Source of the DNA: an uncultured Candidatus Saccharibacteria bacterium
Lineage (GTDB): Bacteria; Patescibacteriota; CAZHWT01
DNA: 64,000 nt
Direction of reading: 5' to 3'
Assembly: GCA_964597145.1 (NCBI GenBank)
Contig: CAZQWH010000002.1
Coordinates: forward strand, 177,232 to 241,231
A model generated the notes under the pieces. The model was not told where the DNA came from and made no database searches. It worked only from the letters and a program-made list of their open reading frames with translations. Positions 29,815 through 40,238 of this stretch are shown in pieces; the first letter of the stretch is position 1; each line of letters starts with the position of its first letter. Position numbers and translations under genes: made by a program.

Positions 29815-30267
29815 TTAAAACGGAATCTCATCAGGGTTAATATCTTGGTCAGCTGGTGCATTGCCTGACTTGGCTGGCTTTGAAGCCGTTGACTCACTAG
29901 CGGCATCATTCGCTTCATCCCGGCCAGCCCGGCTATCTAGAATAATCATATCTTCGGCTACAATCTCGGTCTTATACTTCTTTTCACCCTCATTCGATTC
30001 CCATGAGCGAGTCTGAAGTCGACCCTCAACATAGACCTTGCGGCCTTTAGCTAGTAATTCGCCACAAAGCTCAGCTAATTTGCTCCAAGCCACAATGTTG
30101 TGGAACTCTACTTCCTCTTGGCGCTCTTTACCATCGGTTGGCATCCAGCTGCGGTTAGTGGCTAAACCAAACGTACATACTGGCGTGCCTTGCGGGGTAT
30201 AACGCAACTCAGGATCTCGGGTTAAATTACCAATTAACTGAACTTTATTTAAGGATCGGCTAGACAT
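29815..30267 (-). CDS. ssb: Single-stranded DNA-binding protein
   Basis: OB-fold LNKVQLIGNLTRDPELRYTPQG and acidic tail ...DEIPF. Confidence 0.9.
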   Translation of the reverse strand: MSSRSLNKVQLIGNLTRDPELRYTPQGTPVCTFGLATNRSWMPTDGKERQEEVEFHNIVAWSKLAELCGELLAKGRKVYVEGRLQTRSWESNEGEKKYKTEIVAEDMIILDSRAGRDEANDAASESTASKPAKSGNAPADQDINPDEIPF

Positions 30268-30290
30268 GGAATAGTTCTCCTTTAGGCTGC

Positions 30291-30635
30291 TTATGCTTCA
30301 GCAGTGGTGTCAGCTTCTTGCTTAGCTGTGCTTTCAACGCGCTTTTTAAGGTTAGCGACAACAATCATTGAACGTAATACAGCATCTTGAATTTTCAAAC
30401 TATTTTGAATTTCAGCTGGAGCTTCAGCAGCTTCCGCCGTGAATCGCCAAACGGCATAATAACCAAAATCCTGCTTTTTAATTGGATAGGCCATTTTGCG
30501 CTTACCCCACTCGTCTAGGGCAGTAACCGTGCCTTTTTTAGCTTTAATTGTCGCTTCAATTTGCTCAATAGCGGCTTTAGTTTTGTCCTCGTCTAGACTA
30601 CCATCAACAATGGCCATCAATTCATAAACTTTCAT
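30291..30635 (-). CDS. rpsF: 30S ribosomal protein S6
   Basis: MKVYELMAIV... in the conserved rpsF-ssb-rpsR arrangement. Confidence 0.85.
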   Translation of the reverse strand: MKVYELMAIVDGSLDEDKTKAAIEQIEATIKAKKGTVTALDEWGKRKMAYPIKKQDFGYYAVWRFTAEAAEAPAEIQNSLKIQDAVLRSMIVVANLKKRVESTAKQEADTTAEA

Positions 30636-30804
30636 TACAATCCTCTTGTTGTTTAATTCTGGGGAAGTATATCATCTGTCTTCTGCTTTGGCAAGAGATG
30701 AACCGTAAAGTCAAACGTCAAAATTCAAAAGGCAAAGGTGTAACTCAAACGGTAAAGAGATTACCGCCCAAAAGCGTCATTCTAAGCGAAGCCAAGAATC
30801 TCCT

Positions 30805-31527
30805 TCAAGCCCCCCGCATTGTCGTTATAATCTGCCAAGCCTGAGTCCAATTAGCCAATTGTATGCCATAGTCCTCCAGTAATAACTTAACTTCTGGGCT
30901 AGTTAGTGTCGCCAATTCGATTTCTCGTTCTTTGGCGTACTTAGTGGATTGTACAAGATCAGCATCAGCAACCCCCGGATGACACATTATCTCATTAACA
31001 CCATCTTCAAGATTTTCGATTATGTTGCGTAATGAGCTGGGCCTAATGTTCTCCGCTCCACCCCACCTAAAGTGATTCTGGCCATAGAAGGATGTCAGCA
31101 ATTTATTACCACCCAGCCCGCGAGCGGGAATGTTGTGCTTGGCTGAGAATTCTTCGAAGATAGGTCTGAGCTTGGTATGCAGATGAATATGATGATGAGA
31201 GTCAATATGGGTGGGCATCTTACCAATCAACTTTTCAAATCGCTCAACGTGGCGCTCAAGCTCGTATAGCGCCCGTTCGTTTGATGAGAAGTACACTTTA
31301 GTATACGCGCCGAACATACTCGGCAATCCCTCGTCGGATAACTGAAAATGCAGCCCCACATCGAGATCTGGCAAGCTCTTGGCTATTTCAGCTGCCTCTT
31401 CGAGCGCCAAGCCACGCAACATCAATGATGTGCTTGTGACGATGCCTTGGGTGTGCGCTTGCAAGATCCCTTGATTGACCCCAGAGGTATAGCCAAAATC
31501 ATCGGCATTTACTACAAGTAATTTCAT
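30805..31527 (-). CDS. ChbG/YdjC-family carbohydrate deacetylase
   Basis: MKLLVVNADDFGYTSGVNQGI...HIDSHHHIH motifs. Confidence 0.8.
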   Translation of the reverse strand: MKLLVVNADDFGYTSGVNQGILQAHTQGIVTSTSLMLRGLALEEAAEIAKSLPDLDVGLHFQLSDEGLPSMFGAYTKVYFSSNERALYELERHVERFEKLIGKMPTHIDSHHHIHLHTKLRPIFEEFSAKHNIPARGLGGNKLLTSFYGQNHFRWGGAENIRPSSLRNIIENLEDGVNEIMCHPGVADADLVQSTKYAKEREIELATLTSPEVKLLLEDYGIQLANWTQAWQIITTMRGA

Positions 31528-31641
31528 AATTTTCTACCATTGAATTGCCCTTTTGCACAGGAGGTGTTTGCGTAGCTTGAATAAAGATGTAAGCAAACGC
31601 TACCGACAAGACGAAGTCTTACTTTCAACCTGAGTTATCTA

Positions 31642-32694
31642 TCACGAGTGATGGATAACTAACACATCCCCATCCTGAATGATGTAGTCCTTGCCTTCCA
31701 TATGAATCTGACCCTTGGCCCTGGCTTCGTTCCAGCCTCCGGCATTAATCAGATCTTGCCAATTAATAGCTTCGGCGCGGATAAACTTAGATTCAAAGTC
31801 GGAGTAAATTCCACCGGCGGCTTGAGGAGCCTTGGTGCCACGAGTAATAGTCCAGGCTCGGACTTCTTTTTCACCCGCAGTCAAAAAGCTCATCAGGTTT
31901 AGTATCTCATAGCCAGCTTGGATGACTTGGTCTAGTCCGCTTTGGGTTATGCCTAAGTCTTTGAGGTATTCAACCTGCTCATCTTCAGACAGTTGGCTGA
32001 GCTCGGCTTCGAGTTGGGCATTGACATGGATGTGTCCAGGCGGAAGCGGCTGTGGTTGGGCTAATTGATCCTCGTCAACATTATGGACATATATAACCGG
32101 CTTGAGACTGAGTAAATTTGTATCCTTTATTAGTGCTTTTTCATCTTCTGACAGCAATGACAGCTCAACTGTATCTCCAGCTTCGACGGCCAGGTAGGCC
32201 TTGTCGATGACTGCTTGGCGCTGGATCTCTTCTTTTGTTGCAGCGCCTTTAATGGGACGCTTAGCTTTTTCCAGGGCAGTTAAGTCAGCTAATAATAGCT
32301 CCGTAGTAATAATCTTCATATCCTCGGTCGGGTCTACCCTGCCCTCAACGTGAATAACATTATCGTCACCGAATTCACGTAAGACATGAACAATGGCATC
32401 AACTTCACGGATATGCGACAAAAATTGATTACCTAGTCCTTCTCCTTGGGCAGCATTTTTGACCAATCCAGCGATATCAACAAATTCGATAGTAGCCGGC
32501 ACCACTGAGGGTGGGTTGTAGAGCTTGGCGAGCGCATCCAACCGTTCATCAGGCACAGGCACCACACCAACATTGGGCTCAATAGTGGCAAAAGGATAGT
32601 TAGCAGAGAGGGCCTGGGATTTTTTTAGTAGTGCATTAAACAACGTGGATTTGCCAACATTAGGCAAGCCGACGATTCCGATTTTGAGGCTCAT
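31642..32694 (-). CDS. ychF: Ribosome-binding ATPase YchF (Obg-family)
   Basis: GIVGLPNVGKSTLFNAL, the DIAGLV switch, and a C-terminal TGS domain. Confidence 0.9.
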   Translation of the reverse strand: MSLKIGIVGLPNVGKSTLFNALLKKSQALSANYPFATIEPNVGVVPVPDERLDALAKLYNPPSVVPATIEFVDIAGLVKNAAQGEGLGNQFLSHIREVDAIVHVLREFGDDNVIHVEGRVDPTEDMKIITTELLLADLTALEKAKRPIKGAATKEEIQRQAVIDKAYLAVEAGDTVELSLLSEDEKALIKDTNLLSLKPVIYVHNVDEDQLAQPQPLPPGHIHVNAQLEAELSQLSEDEQVEYLKDLGITQSGLDQVIQAGYEILNLMSFLTAGEKEVRAWTITRGTKAPQAAGGIYSDFESKFIRAEAINWQDLINAGGWNEARAKGQIHMEGKDYIIQDGDVLVIHHS

Positions 32695-32879
32695 AGACTC
32701 GTATTATATCAGAAATATGGACGGGACAGCGCTACGGCCGTACCGTTAGTCAACGGCGGTGAATCTACACTACTACGATGCTGCCGTGAGCAACTTCGTG
32801 CACGAATAAGGAGAGTAGCACCCCTCTTGATCGAGCTCCAACCAAGATCCGCCAAAGAATAAAGGCGTATTGTAATTGC

Positions 32880-33707
32880 GTTCGCCGAACGGTTATCCCT
32901 TGACGTTCGACTTTATTTTTACTTTTTTTGGTTAGATTGAACTTGGTGACTGCCTCGAATTACTCAAAAGTTAGATGATCAATTTTCTTAAGATCACGTT
33001 GATAATTGGCCTGATCAAGAACAAACCTCATGTAGTCACGCGGTGATTTGAAATCCTCAAGAATACAGGATGTATTTATATTGTTAGTCGAACTGAGATT
33101 GCAGTAGTGGCGGAAAGACGACCATGGGTACTCAACAATCTCTCTATCATTACTGACTATGGATGCTGAGTATGGATTGAGATGGATGTAGCGGGAAACA
33201 TGTAGCAGTTGTTGACTTGTTTCTATATGGACGGCTTTAAATACACCTTCAAATACCGATCCTTTACGTTGGTGTTTTAAGTTGAATCGATGCGAGATGC
33301 TGCTTTGCACCATCCTCATATAATCGTATATACCATCATCAACTTCCTGCCGAACAAGCAGATGAAAATGATTTGACATAAGGCAATACGATACAAGCGA
33401 TATCCTACCCAGTGATTGTTGTCGCCTCATATCTATTGATACTCTTGAATCCAAGTTTTGAGCTAGATAGTACGATAGTCGTAGGGATTTGTCTGAGGAT
33501 AGGTAAAAATTCATTGCGCTTAGCGCCAGCTTATATTCTCTAGCACTAGTGAATATTTGTCGTCTATCAATCCCCCGATTAAAAATGTGATAGTAATTAC
33601 CCGTTATGAATGGTGGCTGCACAACGTATCCTCCTGAATGGCAGCTACATAACTGAGACTTATAGACTATAAACTATCGAACGTCAAGAGATAACCGTTC
33701 GGCGAAC
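32880..33707. mobile_element. Transposase-only unit: Y1 tyrosine-transposase (RAYT/IS200-like) gene between 31-bp inverted repeats with one mismatch (32880-32910 gttcgccgaacggttatcccttgacgttcga; 33677-33707)
   Basis: Inverted repeats read directly; each contains the hairpin GTTCG-C-CGAAC. Confidence 0.7.
32960..33622 (-). CDS. Y1 (HuH) tyrosine transposase, RAYT/IS200-like
   Basis: YHIFNRG..., HuH motif NHFHLLV, catalytic Tyr region SRYIHLNP. Confidence 0.75.
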   Translation of the reverse strand: MQPPFITGNYYHIFNRGIDRRQIFTSAREYKLALSAMNFYLSSDKSLRLSYYLAQNLDSRVSIDMRRQQSLGRISLVSYCLMSNHFHLLVRQEVDDGIYDYMRMVQSSISHRFNLKHQRKGSVFEGVFKAVHIETSQQLLHVSRYIHLNPYSASIVSNDREIVEYPWSSFRHYCNLSSTNNINTSCILEDFKSPRDYMRFVLDQANYQRDLKKIDHLTFE

Positions 33708-33885
33708 GTGGTTTCATTGAAAGTCAAAATCGCACAACTATTTAATTTCTAAGTTGTGTACATAACTTTCAAAAATTAAGCTGTCCACTATGACAGCTTA
33801 GAATTAACTCAAAGTATCTTATTAACCCCATACCCGCTCAATTTATATAAATACCTTAAAATATTAATGCCTGTTTCGTTGCTAT

Positions 33886-35466
33886 CTAGTTATCACCTAG
33901 GTAAACAATATATCCTACGTTCTTATTGCCCTTATTAGCTAATTTGAACCTCTCATAGACTTTAATTACAACCTTGCTGAGTAAATACGACTTCTGAGAC
34001 TCGACATTTCCAACTTCTTCTAGCCATTTTGGAGGCTTATTCAGAAAGGATTCCAGTAGCTCCTGATTATCTGAAAAGGCTTCTACTTTAATATCAAAAT
34101 TGCTTTTATTAGCTGGAGTTTCATCATCAACTGCAAGTGGAGAATAAATATGCAAAGTTCCAAGCTTCTCAGTATCTATTACTAGCACTTCAGTGCGCGA
34201 ACGCATATTCAATCTTGCTTCAAATACCGGAATCACCTTATTTTGATGCTTATAAATTCCTATAAAATTTGAAAGGCCTGCTTCCGGGTATAATGTTACA
34301 TCTAGCTGCCATTTCTCTGTAAATGATTCTATCTTCCCGTAGCCAAAAGTAGATCTACTTAGGACGATTAAAATTGGGTTACTACAAAGCCTTATCGCTC
34401 CATCGATTGATCCATCATACTTAATACTACTTTCGTATATTTCATTGAATAGTTGGATATTTTCACCTTGGGCAATATTTTGCCCAAAATTTTCGCCCCA
34501 GTTTACATATGATACATGCCAGTTATCAAAGAAAACTGCTTTGTCATCCACCCTTGATATACCTGCTCTAAGGACTTTCCCCTTATATTTCTTATTTGTT
34601 TCATCTTTCAATTTCTGGTAATAGTCAAAAAGTGACCTCATATAGGATGCTCTAGAAAACGCCTTCTGAACATCAATCTTGAAATCCTCTATCTTCTTTG
34701 TGCTTATTGGCTTTGACCGTTCAGTTTCCAGGATTAGCTTTTTTGCTTCGATTGCTAGGTTTTCCAAGGTTGGTATTACACTACTTCTCACTAATGACTT
34801 ATCTAAGCTCAACTCTCTAAATAATTGCTCGTCTTCTTCCATTCCAAGAGCGACTTGTTTTAAGCCTTCTATCGAGTACGTTATGTCACTTAGCTGGTCA
34901 GTATTAAAGCCAGATAAATTGAAAGTCGCATGGGGAGTTGTCACAAATGATCTCAGCATTAATACGATGAAATACTCTTTTACATAAATACCGCTTCCAT
35001 GATGTCCCTCCCAAAAATCAAAATCTCTCCTGCCCGAAATCCTTCTAAAATAGTAGTTAATAATGTCGGATAACGCTGATGGGTGTATATCGTCACTCAT
35101 CCAAATTGTATCGGAGTCAGCAGGCTGTTTGTAGTCAAGCATTAACTTTATGAACTTGTACTGCTTCTTAAATAGACAATATGCACCGACTGCAAATACT
35201 TGTGATCGTAAGTTTGTATATTTGTACAATTCCTCAGCATTGCGTGATAATTTACCTGCAACTTTAATAGCTTCCTGTTGTTTCTCCTGCAGCAAATATG
35301 GTTCGACTAGCTTTTTTAGTTCTGCAAGCTGCTTTTGCCAGTTTCTAAGCTCTTCAGCAGAATTAATAAGATTTAAGGACTTCTCTAAATCATTTGTTAC
35401 TTGCCTAATCTTTTCGTCGTCAGCCTGTTTTCCACGTCTCCTAAGATCACTACTTAGATCCCACAC
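33886..35466 (-). CDS. Hypothetical protein (526 aa), soluble, N-terminal coiled-coil; AT-rich island gene 4 of 4
   Basis: Long ORF in a roughly 32% GC region. No P-loop or known catalytic motif found by eye. Confidence 0.55.
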   Translation of the reverse strand: MWDLSSDLRRRGKQADDEKIRQVTNDLEKSLNLINSAEELRNWQKQLAELKKLVEPYLLQEKQQEAIKVAGKLSRNAEELYKYTNLRSQVFAVGAYCLFKKQYKFIKLMLDYKQPADSDTIWMSDDIHPSALSDIINYYFRRISGRRDFDFWEGHHGSGIYVKEYFIVLMLRSFVTTPHATFNLSGFNTDQLSDITYSIEGLKQVALGMEEDEQLFRELSLDKSLVRSSVIPTLENLAIEAKKLILETERSKPISTKKIEDFKIDVQKAFSRASYMRSLFDYYQKLKDETNKKYKGKVLRAGISRVDDKAVFFDNWHVSYVNWGENFGQNIAQGENIQLFNEIYESSIKYDGSIDGAIRLCSNPILIVLSRSTFGYGKIESFTEKWQLDVTLYPEAGLSNFIGIYKHQNKVIPVFEARLNMRSRTEVLVIDTEKLGTLHIYSPLAVDDETPANKSNFDIKVEAFSDNQELLESFLNKPPKWLEEVGNVESQKSYLLSKVVIKVYERFKLANKGNKNVGYIVYLGDN

Positions 35467-35540
35467 ACTTTTACTCTCAAGTGGACCGTGCCACCGTCAA
35501 TAAGAGATGATACAAAGTATATAAATAGCTTTTCCTGACC

Positions 35541-36830
35541 CTACCTAATAATTGACCTAAGATTTCCTAATAGGTATGCATCGAAGGTTGGTAGATATTC
35601 CAACCGAAACTCAGCCTCTGTCCTTCCAAACTTATCGAAAACTGTTTCGATATACCAATCAATAGCAGCAACATACATAGAAGATTTAGAATGCAGCGCC
35701 GAATCTTGAGCAATAGTACTCAACCGTCGCAATATTAGCTGAATATACAAGCCTCTGCCCTCTTGCTTGCTAAAATAAATTAGGAGCCTTATGAGGCTAT
35801 AAAGTGATTTTCTACTGATATCATCAGCTGCCTGCCCAGCATTGTACACACGAATAAATTGCTGGATTGTTGAGGTGTAGGTAATTAGATATCGATCAGG
35901 ATCATATCGTAAGCGTAGATTGGCTTCATCTGCATAGTTGATATCTTGGTCATCTGATGACAAATCGAGAGCATCATCTGAAGCATTTTCTTTGTTCGTT
36001 CGCTTCCCTGAACTCTTATGTTCCCCCATGTTATAGATTAAAAAGAAATCGTCACTTAGAATGAACGGCTCAATTTCCTCCAAGCTTCCTTCAGGTACAA
36101 CTAGCTTAGTTATACTCTCTAATTCTGGCAGACTCTCTTCTAGCAACGCCTTTAGGTTAGACCTCTCTGCTTCTGAGACAAGGATGTCACCGTAGCCCTC
36201 AATTAAATCTAAATAAACTTGCTTATTCCTTTTACGCAATGCAACTTGCAATGCTTTATTTATCTCTCGCTTTATCCTCTCCTGATCTAGCGTGTAGGTA
36301 TACAACCTATTTAAATACTGAGCGAAAGCTACCAGCCCTGCCAACAAGAGGATCAATAGCAAAAATGTGATTGCCCTTTGAACGTTCCCAGTCAAGCTAG
36401 CATCATTCAAAAATAGTCTTGATCCCAATGAGAGGCTGACAATTACCAAAAACAGCGGTATCAACCACTGCATTTGCCACTCGTTTAGCAGGCGCTTTCT
36501 AAGCACTCTGGTTCTGGCATAAGATCGCGAGACTTTATCTAGAGTTTCTATGCCAAGTGGCACCGCTATGGCAAGCACTACTCCAATAAATGCACCTAAA
36601 TCGGAGATAAATTGCAACTGTGGCCTGAATAATGCCTCCTTTAAGCCGCTTGCAAATTCTACAGTTATGAATTCAGGCCTAGCTATATCTGCTACTAGTA
36701 TCAGAAGTACTAAAAAATAGATAAGGATCGTTAGTAAAATAACAGAAACTAGTCGACCATAAAACGAAGCAATCACCCCTTTTGCGTAGCCAATAATTTT
36801 GTCAATCTCTAGCTTATTCATCTTCGTCAA
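35541..36830 (-). CDS. Hypothetical membrane protein (429 aa): about 5 N-terminal TM helices plus a roughly 230-aa cytoplasmic domain; island gene 3 of 4
   Basis: Hydrophobicity pattern; overlaps the upstream gene by 17 bp. Confidence 0.55.
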   Translation of the reverse strand: MTKMNKLEIDKIIGYAKGVIASFYGRLVSVILLTILIYFLVLLILVADIARPEFITVEFASGLKEALFRPQLQFISDLGAFIGVVLAIAVPLGIETLDKVSRSYARTRVLRKRLLNEWQMQWLIPLFLVIVSLSLGSRLFLNDASLTGNVQRAITFLLLILLLAGLVAFAQYLNRLYTYTLDQERIKREINKALQVALRKRNKQVYLDLIEGYGDILVSEAERSNLKALLEESLPELESITKLVVPEGSLEEIEPFILSDDFFLIYNMGEHKSSGKRTNKENASDDALDLSSDDQDINYADEANLRLRYDPDRYLITYTSTIQQFIRVYNAGQAADDISRKSLYSLIRLLIYFSKQEGRGLYIQLILRRLSTIAQDSALHSKSSMYVAAIDWYIETVFDKFGRTEAEFRLEYLPTFDAYLLGNLRSIIR

Positions 36831-37629
36831 CTCTGGCTTTTTCGCCCTCCAGTGGTGATGTTACATAGTCAATAAACTGATCTCCAATCTCTGTTGCAAG
36901 CGATTGGCCATATTGGAGAGGATTTCCTTTTGCAGTACTAACCGCTATGTAAAGTCCATCAAAGCTAGTTTCTTGACGCCCAGGCATGCGTGTAGCAATG
37001 TGCCCCATTTCTTCCAATGGGTATGACAATATCAGTCCATCACTCATTAAATCTCGGATATATTGGAGTTCAATATAATCCTCAATTACTATATCCGGAT
37101 GAGCCTTAAGTAGTTCAGTTTTAGGATGACCCACATGACGGGTAGTAAGGTTTCCCCAATCCCACCTAGGGGCATCATGATGAAGCTTAAGCATCCTTAT
37201 ATGTCCATACGTGAGTCGGTCAATATGGTTATAAAAAATGGCTTGCAGATCATCGTTAAGGGTTGAAGGCAATACGGTATTAACAACTGCATTCCGCAAC
37301 AAAGCTCGCTTTTCTTCAGCTGTGGTTCGCTGCGAAATACTTACAGCCTGCAATACTGCGGTTGTAAATTGCTCATTTTTTACAATATCTTCAATCGATA
37401 CTCTTCCTTGGCTTTTTAGCTCCTCTAAATCACTTAGCACTCCTTCAAGCAATACATTTGTCCGACGTTGCATAGGCGGAGTAAGATACTGCTGAAACAG
37501 TCCGCTAACAACATTGCCCGAACCAGGCAAGAGATGTAATTCAGAAAACTGGGACAATCCAGCAGATATCAATAACGCCATAAAGTCTTCTAAACTGGGC
37601 TTTGGCAATCTTTCGAGGCTATTCGACAT
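36814..37629 (-). CDS. Hypothetical soluble protein (271 aa); island gene 2 of 4
   Basis: ORF with no recognisable motif. Confidence 0.5.
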   Translation of the reverse strand: MSNSLERLPKPSLEDFMALLISAGLSQFSELHLLPGSGNVVSGLFQQYLTPPMQRRTNVLLEGVLSDLEELKSQGRVSIEDIVKNEQFTTAVLQAVSISQRTTAEEKRALLRNAVVNTVLPSTLNDDLQAIFYNHIDRLTYGHIRMLKLHHDAPRWDWGNLTTRHVGHPKTELLKAHPDIVIEDYIELQYIRDLMSDGLILSYPLEEMGHIATRMPGRQETSFDGLYIAVSTAKGNPLQYGQSLATEIGDQFIDYVTSPLEGEKARVDEDE

Positions 37630-37786
37630 AGACCCAATATACCACTGAGAATCAACTGCGATGATGGATTGCTTGGAATAGTCAATTCGCTGTTTACACA
37701 GCCTACTTAATCTTCGTCATCGATGATAAATTCTTCTGGAGTAGTACCCTTTTGAACTGTCGTAGACATTCTCAACCTCCCTTCTC

Positions 37787-38251
37787 TCACTTAAGTAAGA
37801 CCACTGCTATTACTGAAAGGATAAATAACACTGAAAGCAAGGCATAGGCGAGCTTGTTTAGACGATCAGTTGCCTCTGCATAGAAGTTAAATAGTTGAAC
37901 ACGTCGAGTCAGTTTGATGTTATACGGGCTATCACTAGTCTCCCCAGTGCTGTCACCCTTATCAATCATTTCATTCGGAGATTTTATATCCTTATATTCA
38001 TGCATCTTTATCTGATTCTCTCTAGATTTTTTAGCCGTAACTAAGCTTAAAAAATGAACCGCTAAAGTAATTATTCCTAAAACGATTCCAGCCTGCACTA
38101 AAATGTTCGTTAAATTAGAGCTGCTAGGTAATACAAAGAAGATTCCGGTGATAAAAACAGTTATCACTTGCGTTGCGAGGGTATCCAGCTGAGTTGAGCT
38201 TTCTCGATAACCTGAAATGGCGTTTTTTAACTTTTCGTTTTGGGCTTCCAT
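37787..38251 (-). CDS. Hypothetical small membrane protein (154 aa, 3 TM); island gene 1 of 4
   Basis: Hydrophobic segments at about 25-50, 55-75 and 130-152. Confidence 0.5.
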   Translation of the reverse strand: MEAQNEKLKNAISGYRESSTQLDTLATQVITVFITGIFFVLPSSSNLTNILVQAGIVLGIITLAVHFLSLVTAKKSRENQIKMHEYKDIKSPNEMIDKGDSTGETSDSPYNIKLTRRVQLFNFYAEATDRLNKLAYALLSVLFILSVIAVVLLK

Positions 38252-38663
38252 ATAACATTTATCTCCATATAGCTAATAGGCCTAAGTTGTTCTAGGCTTC
38301 TATTACTATTTTAATCTAGGCTTCGGAGAGTTTTATATGTTTATTTCAGTTAACAAAAAACTTTATTATAGTTTTGGCTTTTGTAATAACAAATTTATAC
38401 AAAAAACAATATTATATCTGGGTGCTGCGAGCGGTGGTGCAGTCGTTGTAGCTACTCGTCTTAATCGATCTAGTCTGCTCATTAAGACCTAGAGTGGACT
38501 ATTCGGCCTGCATTATCTCTAGCTGTAATTGTCCGAGTCTTGCGCGGTTTAGGGGCGATGAATTCAAATGATAACTTTAAAGTTGGGAAGCTATACCCAC
38601 CATCCCGATTTTGAGACTCATAACCAACCTATTGTAACAGAGGAAAGTAAGTTTGTTGTATAG

Positions 38664-39299
38664 TTGTACCTAATGAACGACTATATTAAAAAAACAATTA
38701 TGGCGTATGATGACACAAAAACCTATGAGAACAGTACCCGTTTACTTGTTCCAAAAGTTGAACTGAACGAGTTTGTTTCAATGCTGCCATCAGGTTTAAT
38801 GGTGTTGGACGCTGGGTGTGCATTTGGCCGGGATACAGAATTCCTAAAGGCAAAAGGCGTTACTGTACGTGGTATAGATTTATCACCAGCATTGATAGGA
38901 CGTGCAAAGGAGCTGGTTCCTGATACAGACTTTGAAGTGAAAGATATTCGTAAAACTGGTTTCACTGATGAGCAGTTTGACGGAATATGGTGCAATGCCA
39001 CATTACTGCATTTAAAAGACGAAGATATTGCAGTAGCCCTCGCAGAGTTTAAACGCATCATGAAGCCAGGCGGAGTTCTGGCTGTATCGCTTAAGAAGGG
39101 AGAAGGGACTCAGCAGTTTGTAGAAAAATTTAGCAGTAAATCGGAGCGATTCTTCAACTTTCAGACTCACGAAACGTTCCTTGAACAGTTACAACGAGTA
39201 GGACTCGAAGAGGTCAGCTGGCACTACCTAAATGAGCGTGAACGGTATGGCCAAGATAAGCGTGACCTTGACTGGCTGTACTCATTTTCCAAAAAGTAG
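38664..39299 (+). CDS. Class I SAM-dependent methyltransferase (Methyltransf_11/25-like, probably small-molecule)
   Basis: Motif I VLDAGCAFGRD, post-I acidic residue (GIDLS), motif II/III region DGIWCNATLLHL...MKPGGVL. Confidence 0.75.
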   Translation: MYLMNDYIKKTIMAYDDTKTYENSTRLLVPKVELNEFVSMLPSGLMVLDAGCAFGRDTEFLKAKGVTVRGIDLSPALIGRAKELVPDTDFEVKDIRKTGFTDEQFDGIWCNATLLHLKDEDIAVALAEFKRIMKPGGVLAVSLKKGEGTQQFVEKFSSKSERFFNFQTHETFLEQLQRVGLEEVSWHYLNERERYGQDKRDLDWLYSFSKK

Positions 39300-39858
39300 C
39301 GCTCTACCTGTTATATAAATAGCCACCTGTCTCTGTCAAGTCTTTCTACGAATTCCCTTAGGCTAATGGTTACTACCCAACGTCAATGGCCCTTTCTCAG
39401 CCAACGCACGTTCTCATGGCATGCTGCAATCGTATACTTGGTAAATATAAGCAGATAGTAGATAAACCGAAGTAATTAACTAATGGATAACGAATTGTCT
39501 AGGTTGGATGTAGGCATGAAAAATCCCGGGTTAACGTACCGGGAGCTCAGTCGAGCCTACGCTGAGTTTCCTCAGGTGCAATTCCTCGGGCCTTATTTAC
39601 CTTCAGGGGTTGTGCTAGAGGTATCCGATGATCGAGTGGTAGATACGGCAGTTGACCCTCCACCATCAAACAACACTAGAATTAGCAAGAACCATCCCCA
39701 GCTAAATTCTATGGTTGGATGCAGGTAGACAAAAACTATGTACACGAGTGCCATACGTCTCTCTCCTTATGTACAGAATCGTTGCTTTAAAACCGCTCCA
39801 AGCCGCATTATATACCACTCAGACAACATTCATAGACTTGTCATAAAATCACATATAT

Positions 39859-39884
39859 TAATTATATAATATATTATATAATTA
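39859..39884. repeat. Copy 2 of the 26-bp perfect palindrome taattatataatatattatataatta
   Basis: Exact match. Confidence 0.9.
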
Positions 39885-40238
39885 ATTGTATTTAACTCAG
39901 TATTATACTATCAACATGAAGCACGAAGGGGTTTTAAGATCTATCCACCTTTCACCTCTTTGGGTCGGCGAAGCTCACCTAATTTTAGGCCAAAGACAGC
40001 GGATGACCAAAAATCCTACCCTCCCCCAATCAATCCAAGTTAAAGCCAGGCAGAAAAGGCAGATTACCCATGGTAGCTCCTGCCATTAGATAGGTTAGAT
40101 GAGCTCATATATAACAACAGGAATCAATAAACGAGAGTCTATAGAGCAAAAGCTGGTTCAAGGTTGCGTAGCGCCAGAGAAAAGAGTAAGCAGGGTGCGG
40201 CAGTTGCCACACCCTGCAGTTTTTTGGGTCTTTCTCTC

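Noticed and set aside
39483-39728. 81-aa GC-rich ORF downstream of the methyltransferase
   Set aside because: No RBS, no motif, short. Could be real but unsupported, so not listed as a feature.
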